Source: an uncultured Chloroflexia bacterium (GTDB lineage Bacteria > Chloroflexota > Limnocylindria > Limnocylindrales > CSP1-4). Taken from it: a stretch of 64,000 nt of DNA. Positions 40,336 to 52,502 of this stretch are shown piece by piece. A program made the translations under genes and the position numbers. The stretch spans positions 946,575-1,010,574 of the forward strand of contig CAVZLU010000006.1 of the NCBI GenBank assembly GCA_963776355.1. Direction: 5' to 3'. The notes under the pieces were generated by a model that was not told where the DNA came from, searched no databases, and saw only the letters and a list, made by a program, of their open reading frames with translations. Position 1 is the first letter of the stretch, and every line of letters begins with the position of its first letter.

Positions 40336-43300
40336 TCAAGCGGGGCCCGGGCCGGCCGGCAGCGTCGAGGATGAGGGCGAGTGGCCCCGGACGGCCGCCG
40401 GCGTTGCCGCCGGCCGGGCGGTGGCCCCGGCGGTGGTCCCGGCGGGGGTTGCGCTGCGCTCCTCGACGAGCCGCTCGAGCTGGACCAGGTACGCCGCCGC
40501 CCCCTCGCGCTCGAGGATCGACCGCGCCTCGCGCGCCGCGAGCTCGGCCAGCGCGTCGCCGGCGGGCGCGACGGCCAGGCAGTCGAGGGCGCTCACCGCG
40601 AGCGCCACGTCGAGGCGCAGGTCACGATACCGGCGCCACGCCTCGGAGAAGCCGGCGGCCGCCTCGGGCCAGCTCCCATCGAGCGCGGCCAGGGCGGCCG
40701 CGAGCCCGGCTCGATGGACGCTGATCGCCGTCCCCCGCCAGCCGCCCGAATCGAGCCTCTCGAGCGTCGCCGGGCCCGCTCGCGATCGCCCCGGCGGATT
40801 GCCGCCCGGGCGCCGATGACCCGGGCGGCGGGCGCGTTCAGGTCGTCGACCTCGGCCGCCTCGCGCGGCCCGCATGGCATCCTCGAAACGGCCCTCCGCG
40901 AAGGCGACGAGGCCGAGGCCGATCCCGGTGCCTCCGATCACCTGGGGATCGGAGGCAGCCGACGCGTAGGCCGCGATCGAGTCCACCATCGACGTCGTGT
41001 CGCGCCCCCGGATCGCCGCGATCTCGGCCCGCGCAACGTCCAGCGTCACCTGGTCGGACGGCTCCAGCTCCTCGCGGTCGACCGCGTCGAGCTCCGCCTC
41101 GATCCACGACCAGTCGCCGACCGCGAGCGACGCCTCGGCGGTGTTCATCAGCGTCGTGAGGCGGAGCGGTCCCAGCCCCGCGCGGCGCGCCAGCTCGATG
41201 GCCTGGCGCCCGACCTCGACCGATGCCCGGGGGTCCTCGTCGATGATCGCGAGGGCGAGGGTGAACGCCGAACGGGCGGCGAGCGCCCGGGAGCCGGTGC
41301 CCTCGGCGAGCCGCAGCGACAATTCGACCAGGGCGCGGCCCTCGATCGACCGGCCCGTGAGGATGAACCGGTGGCCTTTTGCATTCATGCCCTCGACGAC
41401 GAGGTCCGGCAGGCGGAGCCGCTCGGCGTCGACCAGGGCTCCGATCGGCGAGCGCAATCGCGCGCGCCGGCTCCCCGAGCTGGGAGTAGCCGTTCGAGAG
41501 CGCGATCCACAGCTCGACGAGCACACGATGGGGCGCCAGGTCGACGATCTCCGCCGCCGCCGACTCGCCGAGCGCCATGGCCTCGTCCATCCGCCCGGTG
41601 GTGGCGAGGACGCGGCCGATCCCGAGCGCCGCCGCGGCGGCACCGACCCGGTCCCCGAGCTCCCGGTACCGCGCGAGGGCGTCGCGGAAGGCGGACTCGG
41701 CGGCGACGAAGCGGCCAATGTTACGGTTCGCCAGCCCGATCTTCGCGCTGAGCTCGGCCGACTCGGCCGGGTCCGTGGTGACCGTTCGGGCGCGCTCCCA
41801 GTAGGTGATGGCTCCTTCGTGGGATCCGAGGGCCGTCGCCCGCTCGGCAGCGGCCAGCAGGGCGATCCGGGCCTGGGCCGCCGACCGCCGCCCCTTCCGG
41901 CCCGTCGGGCACCGCCTCGTAGGCGTCGACGTAGTGCGTCGCCAGGACCCCGGCGACCTCCTCGTCGCCCAGCGACTCGAAGAAGCGCGCGGCCGCCGAG
42001 GTGCTGCGCCCGGCGGTCGCGCCTCGAGAGCGTCGCGTAGGCGACCTCGCGGACGAGCGCCTGGGTGAAGCCGAACTGGCCGCGCTCGGGCGATCGTGGG
42101 GTCGGTGTCGAGCAGCGAGGATCTCGCGGTGGACGAGGCCCCGGAGCCGCGCCTCCAGGGCATCCTGCGGGCTCGCCGCGTGAGCGCCGTCAGGGCCGCG
42201 AGCGCTGAACGATCTGCCCGAGGACCGCGCCATCCTGGAGGAGCGCCCGGTCGGCCGGGTCGAGCCGCATCCAGGCGGGCCGCGATGAGCGCGTGCAGCG
42301 TGTCCGGGACGTCGAGCGTCCCGAGGTCGCCCGATCGGCCGGTAGATCCCGTCCGGCTCCTCCAGCCGGCCGTCCTCGAGGAGCATCCGGATGGTCTCGA
42401 CGGCATACAGCGGGACCCCGTCCGCCCGTTGCGAGGATCGCCCGCGACGGCGTGTCGGGCAGCCCCGGCACGAGGCCCGCCGAGCATCTCGCGCATCGCC
42501 GCTCCGGCGAGCGGCCCAAGGGCGAGGGCGACGAAGTTGCGCCGGCCGGCGCCCCAGTCGGGGCGGCGCTCCAGGAGCTCGGGCCGGGCGAGCGTGACGA
42601 CGAGGATCGGGTAGCCGATCGACCATTCGAGCAGGTGGTCGATGAACTCGAGGAGGCCCGCGTCGGCCCACTGGAGGTCCTCGAACACGAGGACCGTCGT
42701 GCCGCGCACGGAGATCCGCTCGAAGAACGTCCGCCAGCGCCGCGAACAGCTCGCTCGCGCCCGCCGGCCGGGGCTCGCCGAAGCCGAGCAGGGAGAGGAG
42801 GCGCGGCTCCAGCCAGACGGCGCTCGGCCTCGTCGGGCACGTACTTCGCGAGGGCCGCCGGCAATCGCCGACGCTGGTCGTCGGCTCGTCGTCGCCCTCG
42901 GCAAGGCCCGGCACGCCGGCGCACCATCTCGCCGAGCGCCCAGAAGCGTCATCCCCTGGCCGTAGGCGGGCGACCGCCCCTGGTGCCAGTAGACGGTCTC
43001 GACGGACGCCGTCGATGTACTTGAGGAACTCCCAGGCGAGGCGACTCTTGCCGATGCCGGCCTGGCCGGACGAGGGAGACGAGCCGCGCCTCGCGCTCGC
43101 GGACGTCGCGTGGAAAGTCCTTGCAGCAGGCGGAGCTCGTCGTCGCGGCCGACGAACGGCGCCTCGAGCGCCTCCGCGCGGCCCGCGCCGCCGCGCTCGG
43201 CGACCACCCGCAGGGCGCGCCACGCAGGCGACGGGCGCGGCCTTGCCCTTGAGCACGTGCGTCGCCGGCCTCCTCGAACGCGATCGCGCCGGCCGCGGCC

Positions 43301-44013
43301 CGCCGAGTCGCCTCGCCGACGAGCACGGTGCCCGGCGGCGGCGACCGACTGGAGGCGGGACGCGGTATTGACGAGGTCGCCGGCGACCATGCCCTGGCCC
43401 GTCGCGCCGAGCGTGACGGCGGCCTCGCCGGTGAGGACGCCGGCGCGCAGCTCGCAGGCCCGCGCCGGCGCCCTTGCCGAGGCCGCGGATGGACACCGAC
43501 GAGCTCCAGGGCCGCGCGAACGGCCCGCTCGGCGTCGTCCTCGTGGGCGACCGGCGTGCCCCAGACGGCCATGACGGCGTCGCCGATGAACTTCTCGATC
43601 GTGCCGCCGTAGCGCTCGACGATCTCGCGCGCGGTGTCGAAGTAGCGCGGTGAGGAACTCGCGGACGGCCTCCGGATCGCGGTCCTCGGACAGCGGCCGT
43701 GAAGCCGACGAGGTCGGCGAAGAGGACGCTGACCAGGCGCCGCTCGGTCTGCGGCCCGCGGGCCGGTGGCTGGACGGCGCCCGCAGTCCCGGACGGCTGG
43801 GGTCGATCGGGCGTCGCCGGACCGGCGGCGGACCCTCCGCGACCTGCCCCGGTCGGGGGCTCCGAGCAGCGTTCCGGCACTCCCCGCAGAACTTCGATCC
43901 CCGCGGGGTTCTGGAACCCGCAGGCGGGGCAGCCCTGGCCGAGGCGCGCGCCGCACTCCCCGCAGAACTTCGATGCCGGCCGGGTTCTGCCGGCCGCAGG
44001 CGGGACAGGTCAA
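40336..44013 (-). CDS. Double zinc ribbon + class III adenylate/guanylate cyclase + AAA ATPase + TPR protein (many frameshifts)
   Basis: Fragments in several frames: CPACG repeats, LFADLVGFT, EKFIGDA, AGDLVNTASR, GQAGIGKSRL, VFEDLQWAD, then TPR-like helices. Confidence 0.85.
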
Positions 44014-44074
44014 GCGGGCGTCCTCGTCGTCATGGCGGCACGAGGGTAGCCGATCCGGGCGCGAGCACGGAAGA

Positions 44075-44602
44075 TCAGCCGGGAGCAGGGGCCTCGGCCG
44101 TGCTCACGTCGGCGATGGCGGCCGTGAGCGCCGACACCAGGTCGGCGGGCGCGAGGTGCACGTTCACGCCCCGCGCTCCGCCGCCGATGGCGACCTGCTC
44201 CAGGGCGATGATCGAGGCGTCGGCGATCACCGGCCAGGCGCGGCTGGCCCCGAACGGGGTGATCGCCCCCCGCTCGTAGCCCGTGACCGCCCGGGCCTCC
44301 TCCGCGTCGGGCAGGGAGAGGCGGCTCACGCCCAGGTGGGCGCGGAGCTTCGGCCAGTCGAAACGGCGTCCCGCCGGGATGAGCACGAAGACATAGTCAC
44401 CGGCGCCTCGCCGAACGACGATCGTCCGCAGCAGCGAGGCCGGAGCGATGCCCTGGAGGGCGGCGCTCTCCTCGGCGTTGCGAGCGGGAACGGTGCGGAC
44501 GACGCTGAACGGCACGCCCGAGCCCGCCATGGCCCGCAGCGCGGGCGTGTCCGTGGCCGGATCGGCGGCCGGGACCGCGTCGGTGGCGGGATCGAAGCTC
44601 AC
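44075..44602 (-). CDS. YbaK/EbsC family aminoacyl-tRNA deacylase
   Basis: LLRTIVV, VTGYERGAITPFG and IGGGARG; TACGCT box 6 nt before the GTG. Confidence 0.85.
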   Translation of the reverse strand: MSFDPATDAVPAADPATDTPALRAMAGSGVPFSVVRTVPARNAEESAALQGIAPASLLRTIVVRRGAGDYVFVLIPAGRRFDWPKLRAHLGVSRLSLPDAEEARAVTGYERGAITPFGASRAWPVIADASIIALEQVAIGGGARGVNVHLAPADLVSALTAAIADVSTAEAPAPG

Positions 44603-44669
44603 AAGCGGAGCGTACCCGGACCAAACGGGAGTTGCCCCTCCGCCGCCGCCGCTGGGCGGGAGCGCGCCG

Positions 44670-46043
44670 TCACCGGGAGGGATCTCCGGCTTCGCCGCCG
44701 GGCGTCGCCGTGCTCTCCTCCTCCCAGCCCGGCGGGGCCGGCTGGTCGATCGGCGGCAGGAGAGGGGCGCCGGTGATGAGACGGGTTCCGCGGCCGCTGG
44801 TGAAGAAGCTCCAGGCCCAGCGCACGATCACGACGATCCGATTGGCGAAGCCGATGAGGTAGAAGATGTGGATCCCCAGCCACAGGAGCCAGGCCGCGAA
44901 GCCGGATTGCTGCCCGAACGGCCCGAGCCAGGCGATGTTGGTCACGCCCGCGAGGCGCCCGATGACCGCGACATCCCCCCGGTCGCGGTAGCGGAAGGCG
45001 ACGACGGGTTCGCCGGCGAGGCGGCGCCGGATCGCGTCTCCCACGTACTTCCCGGGCTGGATCGCCCCCTGGGCAACGCCCGGAACCGGACGGCCCTTCC
45101 GCCACGGCTGCACCGCGTCATCGCCGAGGGCGAAGATCTCCGGGTGACCCGGGATCGTGAGGTCGGGCCGGACGACGATGCGACCGGCGCGGTCGGTCTC
45201 GGCTCCGGTGGCCGCAGCCACGGCACGGGCGAAGCTCGACGCCTGCACGCCGGCCGCCCAGAGGACCGTCCGGGCCGGGAGCTCCTCGACCGCGTCGTCG
45301 ACCTGCACCCGGACGCGGCCCTCGTCGACGTGCACGACCCGCGCCCCGGTCCGCACCTCGACGCCGAGCCGCTCGAGCTGCCGTCGGGCTGACGCCGAGC
45401 GATCGGGCGGGTAGGGCGGCAGGACCCGCTCCAGCGCCTCGACGAGGACGATCCGGGCGTCGGGCGGGTTGATCGAGCGAAAGTCGCGGCGCAGGGTGTC
45501 GTTCGCGATCTCACCCAGCGCCCCGGCGAGCTCCACGCCCGTGGGCCCGCCGCCGACGACCACGAACGTCATCCACGCGCGCCGGCGCTCGACGTTCTGC
45601 TCGCGTTCGGCCGCCTCGAAGGCGATGAGGATCCGGCGGCGGATGTCGAGGGCGTCGTCGACCGACTTCAGGCCCGGCGCGTTCGGCGCCCAGTCGTCGT
45701 GCCCGAAATACGAGAAGCGGGCCCCCGTGGCGACGACCAGCGTGTCATAGGGGATCGGCCCGCCGTCGGACAGCTGCACTTCCCGGCGCTCGACGTCGAT
45801 CCCCACGGCCTCCCCGAGCAGGACGGTCGTGTTCCGGTTGCGGCGCAGGATCGAGCGCAGCGGCTGGGCGATGTCGCCCGGAGACAGCGCCCCCGTCGCG
45901 ACCTGGTAGAGCAGCGGCTGGAACAGGTGGAAGTTGCGCCGGTCGACGAGGGTCACGGTCGCCCGCTGCTCGCGGCCGAGCCGGCGCGCCGCGTTGAGCC
46001 CCCCGAACCCGCCGCCCACGATCACCACGCGGTGGCTGGCCAT
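44670..46043 (-). CDS. ndh: Type II NADH:quinone oxidoreductase
   Basis: VVIVGGGFGGL, FQPLLYQVATG, VVGGGPTGVELAG, LWAAGV and AQGAIQ. Confidence 0.92.
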   Translation of the reverse strand: MASHRVVIVGGGFGGLNAARRLGREQRATVTLVDRRNFHLFQPLLYQVATGALSPGDIAQPLRSILRRNRNTTVLLGEAVGIDVERREVQLSDGGPIPYDTLVVATGARFSYFGHDDWAPNAPGLKSVDDALDIRRRILIAFEAAEREQNVERRRAWMTFVVVGGGPTGVELAGALGEIANDTLRRDFRSINPPDARIVLVEALERVLPPYPPDRSASARRQLERLGVEVRTGARVVHVDEGRVRVQVDDAVEELPARTVLWAAGVQASSFARAVAAATGAETDRAGRIVVRPDLTIPGHPEIFALGDDAVQPWRKGRPVPGVAQGAIQPGKYVGDAIRRRLAGEPVVAFRYRDRGDVAVIGRLAGVTNIAWLGPFGQQSGFAAWLLWLGIHIFYLIGFANRIVVIVRWAWSFFTSGRGTRLITGAPLLPPIDQPAPPGWEEESTATPGGEAGDPSR

Positions 46044-46139
46044 GCCCTGTTTGTCGCCGATCCGGAGGCGGCTGTCAAACGCGGTGGACGAGCTCGGAGG
46101 CACCACGGGACGCACATGTCGCGGCGGGGCCGGCGGCCG

Positions 46140-46400
46140 GGGCCGGGCCGACCCGACCCCGGGGTCACCTCGCGCCGGCAGCGGCGGGTCGTACTCCACC
46201 TCAGTGAGCTCCGCCTCGATGTATGCGTGCTCGGTGCCGCCGGGCAGCGTCCAGACGGCGGCCCCCCGGACCGGGAGGCGCAGGGCTTTCGAACTCGCCG
46301 TAACACCGTCCGGCGCCACCAGGCCCTGGCCTACCTGACCCCCGCCGAATACCGGCCTCCCTCGGGGTCGATGTGTACCGGAGGTGCCGGACGAGTACAG
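46140..46400 (-). pseudogene. Degraded 3' fragment of a hypothetical gene (DUF6544-like tail)
   Basis: YGEFE / LRLPVRGAAVWTLPGGTEHAYIEAELTEVEYDP split over frames; no 5' part before the TetR promoter. The family assignment is from recall only. Confidence 0.3.
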
Positions 46401-46403
46401 GGG

Positions 46404-46435
46404 TTGACATGGTAGTTAGTGGTCACTACCATGTC
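46404..46435 (+). promoter_or_regulatory. Promoter TTGACA-N17-TACCAT overlapped by an 11-bp inverted repeat (TetR operator candidate)
   Basis: TTGACA at 46404-46409 and TACCAT at 46427-46432; GACATGGTAGT (46406-46416) and ACTACCATGTC (46425-46435). Confidence 0.85.
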
Positions 46436-46439
46436 GTCC

Positions 46440-47033
46440 ATGAACCTTGCCCTGCATCACGCGACCCTCCACCGCGCTGCCACGTCGCCTCGCATGAGCG
46501 CCGATGACCGGCGCGTGCTGGTGGTCGAGGCGGCCATCCAGGCATTTGGGGCAGGTGGCTACGCCGGGACGTCCACCGAGGAGATCGCCCGTCGTGCCGG
46601 TGTCTCGCAGCCCTACCTCTTCCGGCTCTACGGCTCGAAACGCGAGATGTTCCTTGCCGCCGTCGGGCGAACCTACGACCGGATCGAGATCGCGTTCGAG
46701 GACGCGGCCCGCAAACCCCTAGCGGACCTCCCGGGGGGTACAACGGCACCCTGATCGCCATCGGCCGGTCGTACGGCGACCTGCTCGGCGACCACGCGCT
46801 CCTGCGGCTCCAGCTTCACGCCTTCGCCGCCTGTGCCGACCCGGAGATCCGTGACATTCGTTCGTCGCCGGTTCGCGCACCTGGTGGCCCGCGTCGCGGA
46901 GCTGTCGGGGGTGCCCGCCGCGACCCTTCGAGCCTTCTTTGCCGAGGGGATGCTCCTCAACGTCGCCGCGGCCATGGAGCTCGACGAGGCGGACGTCGCC
47001 TGGCAGCGCATCTGCGAGGAGGGGCCCGCGTAG
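46440..47033 (+). CDS. TetR/AcrR family regulator (frameshift near 46740)
   Basis: GYAGTSTEEIARRAGVSQPYLFRLYGSKRE HTH; C-terminal LRLQLHAFAAC...FFAEGMLLNVAAA in a second frame. Confidence 0.9.
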
Positions 47034-47120
47034 ATCGCCGTGCGTCCCCCTTTTTCGCTCCAGTAGGTAGTGGTTGATAACTCACAAGGCAGGCCGAAAG
47101 GCCTGGAGGGGAAACTCACC

Positions 47121-48561
47121 GTGAACCGCAGGATCGCCCTGAGCACGTTCGTGATCACGTCGCTCGCCCTGTTCATGGTCTCGCTCGACAACCTCGTCGT
47201 GACGACCGCCCTGCCCGTCATCAAGGCCGAGCTCGGCCTGTCGCTCGCGCAGCTCGAGTGGACCGTCAACGCCTACACCCTGACGTTTGCCGTGCTGCTG
47301 CTCACCGGCGCCGCCCTCGGCGACCGCTTCGGCCGCAAGCGGGTGTTCATCGCCGGCATCACGATCTTCACCTTCGGCTCGGCCCTGGCCGCTCTCTCGA
47401 GCTCGGGCGAGAGCCTCGTGCCGGCGCGCGCCGTGCAGGGTCTTGGCGCCGCGATCGTCGCCCCGCTGACCCTGACCCTCCTCTCGGCGGCGGTGCCGGC
47501 GGAGCGCCGCGGCCTCGCCCTTGGAGCGTGGGGCGGCGTCTCCGGCCTCGCCATCGCCCTCGGGCCGCTGGTGGGCGGCGCCATCGTCGAGGGCGTGAGC
47601 CGGCAGTGGATCTTCTGGATCAACGTGCCGATCGGCCTGCTCACGATCCCGCTGGCCGCGATCCTGCTCGTCGAGAGCCGCGGCCCCGACACGCCCCTCG
47701 ACGTCCCGGGCCTCGCGCTCGCGTCGGGCGGGTCCTGGCCCTCGTCTGGGCCCTGATCAACGGCAACACGACGGCTGGACCACGGCTCCGATCGTCGCCG
47801 CGTTCGCCGCCGCCGCCGCACTTCTTACGGGGTTCGTGGCCTGGGAGCGGCGCACGGCCAGCCCGATGCTCCCGCCGCGCTTCTTCCGCAACCGCCAGTT
47901 CAGCGCCGCGAACGGCGTCAGCTTCCTGATGTCCTTTGGGATGTTCGGCTCGATCTTCCTGCTGGCCCAGTTCTTCCAGGTCGTCCAGGGCTACTCGCCC
48001 TTCGAGGCCGGACTGCGGACCCTGCCCTGGACGGCGATGCCGATCATCGTGGCGCCCATCGCCGGGGCGCTCTCGGACCGGATCGATCCGCGCCTGTTCC
48101 TGGTCGCCGGCATGGCCCTGATGGGAGCCGGACTCGCCTGGATGGCGGCGATGGTCTCGCCGACGGTGCCCTACCTGACCCTCGTCCCGCGTTCATCGTC
48201 GCCGGCACGGGGATGGCCCTCTTCTTCGCCCCGACCGCGAACCTTGTCCTCTCGGCCGTCCGCCGCGACGAGGAGGGGCGGGCTTCGGGCGCGAACAACA
48301 CGATCCGCGAGGTCGGCGGCGTGTTCGGGGTGGCCGTCCTGGCGTCGGTCTTCTCGGCGTTCGGCGGCTACGCCTTGCCGCAGGCGTTCGTCGACGGCCT
48401 CGGCGCCTGCCCTGTGGGTCGGGGCGGCGCTCGTTGCCGTCGGGGCGCGGTCGCGCTCCTCATTCCGGCCCGACGCTCGATCAGCGTCGCCGATTCGCCG
48501 GTCCACGATCGCGCGGTCGGCGTCCAGGCGCTCGCGCGGAGCGGTCCGGGTCGACCGCTGA
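47121..48561 (+). CDS. DHA2 (EmrB/QacA) MFS efflux transporter (several frameshifts)
   Basis: LDNLVVTTALP, WTVNAYTL, GDRFGRKR, WIFWINVPIG and ASGANNTIREVGG; 3' end approximate. Confidence 0.88.
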
Positions 48562-48639
48562 TCAGGCGTCATCGCGGCGCGCGCCCGCGGGGTCTCGGCT
48601 TCGTGCCGGGGCCCGTGTTCCGCCTGTCCGGGCGATGCT

Positions 48640-49339
48640 GACAGGTCGGCGACGTCGATCAGGCCGCGCCGGATGGGGTATGAGGAGCTCCACCCGGTCG
48701 TGGAACCCGAGCTTCTCGATCACGCTGGCCGGACGGTAGCGTCTGCTCGGACAGGTGGAGCGTCTGGGTGATCTCGCGGTTGGTATGCCCGACCGCCGCC
48801 AGGAGCATCACCTCGCGTTCATGCTCGCTCAGGGTGTCGTACGGATCCTCGAGCATGCCCTGCGGAGTCTTGAGGACGTACGTGTTGACCATCCGGGTCA
48901 CGATCGCCGGGCTGACGTACGTCTGGCCCCGGCTGATCGAGCGCAGCGCCGTGACGAAATCGGCCCCCTGCGCCTCGCGCGTCAGGTACCCGTCGGCCCC
49001 GGCCTTGATCGCGAGCGAGAACTGCTCGCTGCTGCAACGGCACTCCAGGGCGAGGATCTTGACGGCCGGCTTCGTCGCCCGGATCGACTCGATCGTCTGG
49101 TACGAGGCGCAGCCCGAGCGATCGTAGGGGAGGCACTCGGTGATGATGACGTCGGCCGTGGTCCGGGCGATCTGGTCCCGCATCGCCTCGCGGTCCTCGA
49201 CCTCGCCGATGACCTGCATGTCGGGCTCCGCGCCGATGACCTCGCGCAGGCCCACGTTGAGCATCGGGAAGTCGAAGATGGCAAGGAGCACGCCAAGCTT
49301 CGTTCCGTTTCCCGGTGCGTGCCCGTTGGAGCTCACCAT
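48640..49339 (-). CDS. Atypical NarL/LuxR-type response regulator 1 (frameshifts in the HTH end)
   Basis: Receiver-like fold, then LSEHEREVMLLAAVGHTNREI LuxR HTH; ITEC replaces the phosphoacceptor; 3' end approximate. Confidence 0.85.
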
Positions 49340-49483
49340 CACCTCGTCGTCCTGGCCCGCGCCGACACGAGCGTCGCGGGACGCCCGTACCACTATCCGC
49401 CGACGACGGGGGTGAGCGAGTAGGGCCATCGGTCCCGTCCCCGGGACCCACTGGCCCCCGGCTGAGGGGACGACGAGCCCCCG

Positions 49484-50333
49484 CTACGGCTTCGGGGTCG
49501 CCTGCCCGTGGCAGAACTCGCACATCCCCACCCGGTCGGCGAGGGAGTGCGGCGCGCTCGGGGCGGCCGTCCCGGACTGGTTGTGGCAGGCCAGGCACAT
49601 CGGGTCGGTGCGCGTGCGGTGGTCCGCCGGCAGGGCCCCGACCTTGCCGGCCACGTGGCAGATCAGGCACTTGCCGTCGGTCGGCGTCCGGTGCTCGTAG
49701 GCCGGGGCCTGGACGCCCGAGCCCTGGTGGCACAGCCAGCAGGTGGTGCCGGAGCGGTTGCGCATGCTCGCCGGCAGCGGCGCCAGCGACCCGTGGCAGG
49801 ACAGGCAGTTGGTGTTCTTGGTCAGCGAGTGCGGGCGGTCCTCGGCGGCCGGCGTCGTTGCCGTGTGGCAGAGCAGGCACTGCTCGGCATGGATCCCGAC
49901 GTGGCCGGGCGCCGTCTTCACGAGCCGATCGTTGGAGTGGCACGAGGTGCAGCTCGTCCAGCCCTCCAGCGGATGGCCGATCGGAGGCACGATGGCGGTG
50001 CCGACACCGCCCGCGGCCGTCGTGTGGCAGGCGAGGCAGTTGCCGCCGACGGGCATCTGGATCGCGCCGCCGGCCGGAGGTCCGGAGGACGAGGGGGTCG
50101 CGGCAGGCAGCGACGGGATCGGCAGCGACGGGGCGGCCGTGACCGGCGGAAGAGTCGAGCCGGCCGGGCTGGTCGGTCTCGGCCGGCGTCGCTGTCGCCA
50201 CGGGCGCCTGGCCGATGCCCGGGTGGACGATGCCGGCGCCGATGATGGCGAGCCCGACGCCGACGCCGATCGCCACCGTGACGAGCGCGGCTCCCAGGCC
50301 CGCGATGATCCGTCCGAGCCGCCCCGGGGTCAC
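49484..50333 (-). CDS. Membrane-anchored octaheme cytochrome c (frameshift near 50180)
   Basis: N-terminal TM and Pro-rich linker, then 8 CxxCH: CLACH, CTSCH, CLLCH, CLSCH, CWLCH, CLICH, CLACH, CEFCH. Confidence 0.9.
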
Positions 50334-51619
50334 GCCACGACTCCGGGAGCGTCGAGCGGGGACGCAGCGGTGGTCTCGGGAGCCGGGACGCCGACCTCGG
50401 GCCGGGCGTGGCCGAGGTGCTCGCCCATGGGCAGGTACCGCTCGGCGAGGGTGTAGGCGAGACCGAGGAACCCGAACGCCCCCAGCACGATGCCGATCTC
50501 CACGAGCGTCGGGACGTAGTCGGCATACGGCGTGGACACGACACCCGCGACGGCGGTCCCGGGGACGATCTGACCGGCGGCCACGAAGATGGCCCGGTCG
50601 GCGAGGATCCCGACGAACACGAGGCAGCAGGCGGCGAACAGGCCCTGCGGCGTGCGCGTGCGAGGGCAGGATCAGCAGGGTGAGCGGGGCAGCAAGTCCC
50701 GCGCCGACCCTGATCACCCAGAACGGCAGGGCGAGTGGTCCGACGAGGACGGCCTTCGTGGCGTCCGCCAGGCCGGGGATGACCCCGTACAGGTTGAACA
50801 GCATCTGCCAGGTCACGACGAGCGCAGCCACGGCGAGGGTGATCGTCAGGAGGAGCCGGATCGCCGGGATCGCCACGGTGAGGGCCCGCTCGTGGCCCGC
50901 GAGCCTGAGTCGCTGGACGAAGTAGAACACGATCCCGAGGAGGGCCGTCCCCGACAGGACGGCCATCGTGACCATTGCCGGCGGGGTGAAGGCGCCGTGC
51001 CAGTACGGCCGGGCGCCGAGGACGGCGAACACCGCGCCGAGCGTGGTCGGGGCCACCACGGCGGTCATCGACGACAGCATGCAGGCGACGCGGTGGACGC
51101 TCCAGTGACCGAAGAAGATGCTCCACACCTCGACCGCGAGGAAGACCAGGTAGATGCCGTAGAACACGCCCATCCACCACATCGGGGAGAACGGTGACGG
51201 GCTCAGGACGGCCCCGAAGACCATCCGGATGGGGTAGTGCAGGTCGAGGGCGATGATCCCGAACGCCGTGACGAGACAGAGGAGGGCCAGCACGGCGTGC
51301 CGCTTCTCGAGCGGGAGGAACATCTCGATGCCGAACACGGTGCCGAGCGACGAGGCGAGGCACAGGCCGCTGGTCGTGATGGCGAAGAAGACGTACGCCG
51401 TGATCAGGATCCCCCATTCGTAGCTGGGGCTCGTCCCGAGGACCTCCCAGCCGGGCGGCAGGGCAGCAGGGCCGCGACGCCGCCGATGAGGCACAGGACG
51501 AGGAGGAAGGCGAACCACGCCTTGAGCCCGCGGGACATGCCCAGGACATCGTCCCGGACCGCCCGCCACGCTTCGCGTGGGCGCACGCTGAGGGCGCGGC
51601 CGCCGACCGTCACGGTCAT
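50330..51619 (-). CDS. NrfD/PsrC family quinol-interacting membrane protein (frameshifts near 51475 and 50675)
   Basis: WGILITAYVFFAITTSG, ALDLHYP, SPMWWM and RPYWH; many TM helices. Confidence 0.88.
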
Positions 51620-52493
51620 CACTCGACCTCGCCCTCGAGGCCGGCGTAGTAGACGTGCGGCTTCGTGCCGAGGGCGGGCTTCATGGCCCGAACCCGCTTC
51701 TCGTCGAGCGCCACGCTGACGTTGCTCGTCGCGTCCTTGAGATCGCCGAAGATCCGCGCGCCGGCCGGGCATACCTCGGCACAGGCCGGCTGCATGCCCC
51801 TGGTGATGCGGTGGTAGCAGAACGTGCACTTGTCGACGACGCCGGCGACGCCCCTCGGCGAGGTGGTCCCGGCCGGGACCATGTAGCGGGCGCCGTAGGG
51901 GCAGGCCTGGAGGCAGTAGCCGCAGCCGATGCAGCGGTCCTGGTCGACGAGGACCACCCCGTCCACGGTCCGATAGGTGGCGCTCACCGGGCAGACCCAC
52001 GTGCACGGCGGGTTCTCGCACTGCATGCACAGGCGCGGCACGAAGTAGGCATCCCGGACCGGGGCCCCGGTGACGGGAGCCTCCTCGGCCGGGAAGCCGT
52101 AGCGCCCGCCGTCCGGCGACTCGATCGTCACGGTGCCGTCTTCTGCGAGGAGGTGAAGCTCCACCCACGTCCGGTTGAGCTCGGGGTCCTCGGGGACGTG
52201 GTTCTCCTGCTTGCAGGCCTCGACGCAGCGCCCGCACCCGATGCAGGTGGTGGTGTCGACGACGAACGCCCACTGGTGGCCGGAAGGGTCGTAGGCGGCG
52301 GCGGCAGGTGCGGCGGTGTCGCAGCGGCGGCCCGTGCGGCGCCGCCGTCGTCCCGCGAACCTGTCCCCAGGAACAGCTGCGCGCCGATGGCCGCCGGCAG
52401 GGCGGCCAGGCCGCACTGGAGGAGACGCCGTCGCGAGATCGTCCCCGGCGAGGCCGCGGTGCTGCCCTGGTCCTTCACGTCCCTCTCGCTCAC
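51619..52493 (-). CDS. NrfC/DmsB-like 4x[4Fe-4S] protein with a Tat-like signal (frameshift near 52315)
   Basis: ISRRRLL signal; CIGCGRCVEAC, CMQCENPPC, CIGCGYCLQACP and KCTFC...PAC. Confidence 0.92.
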
Positions 52494-52502
52494 GGCCGGC
52501 TC

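Noticed and set aside
48819-51569. 916-aa NrfD-cytochrome fusion, and similar long merged ORFs (23951-26401, 37430-40168, 57850-60762)
   Set aside because: Each is a chain of separate genes linked through off-frame, stop-poor GC sequence; the true genes have their own starts and stop overlaps.
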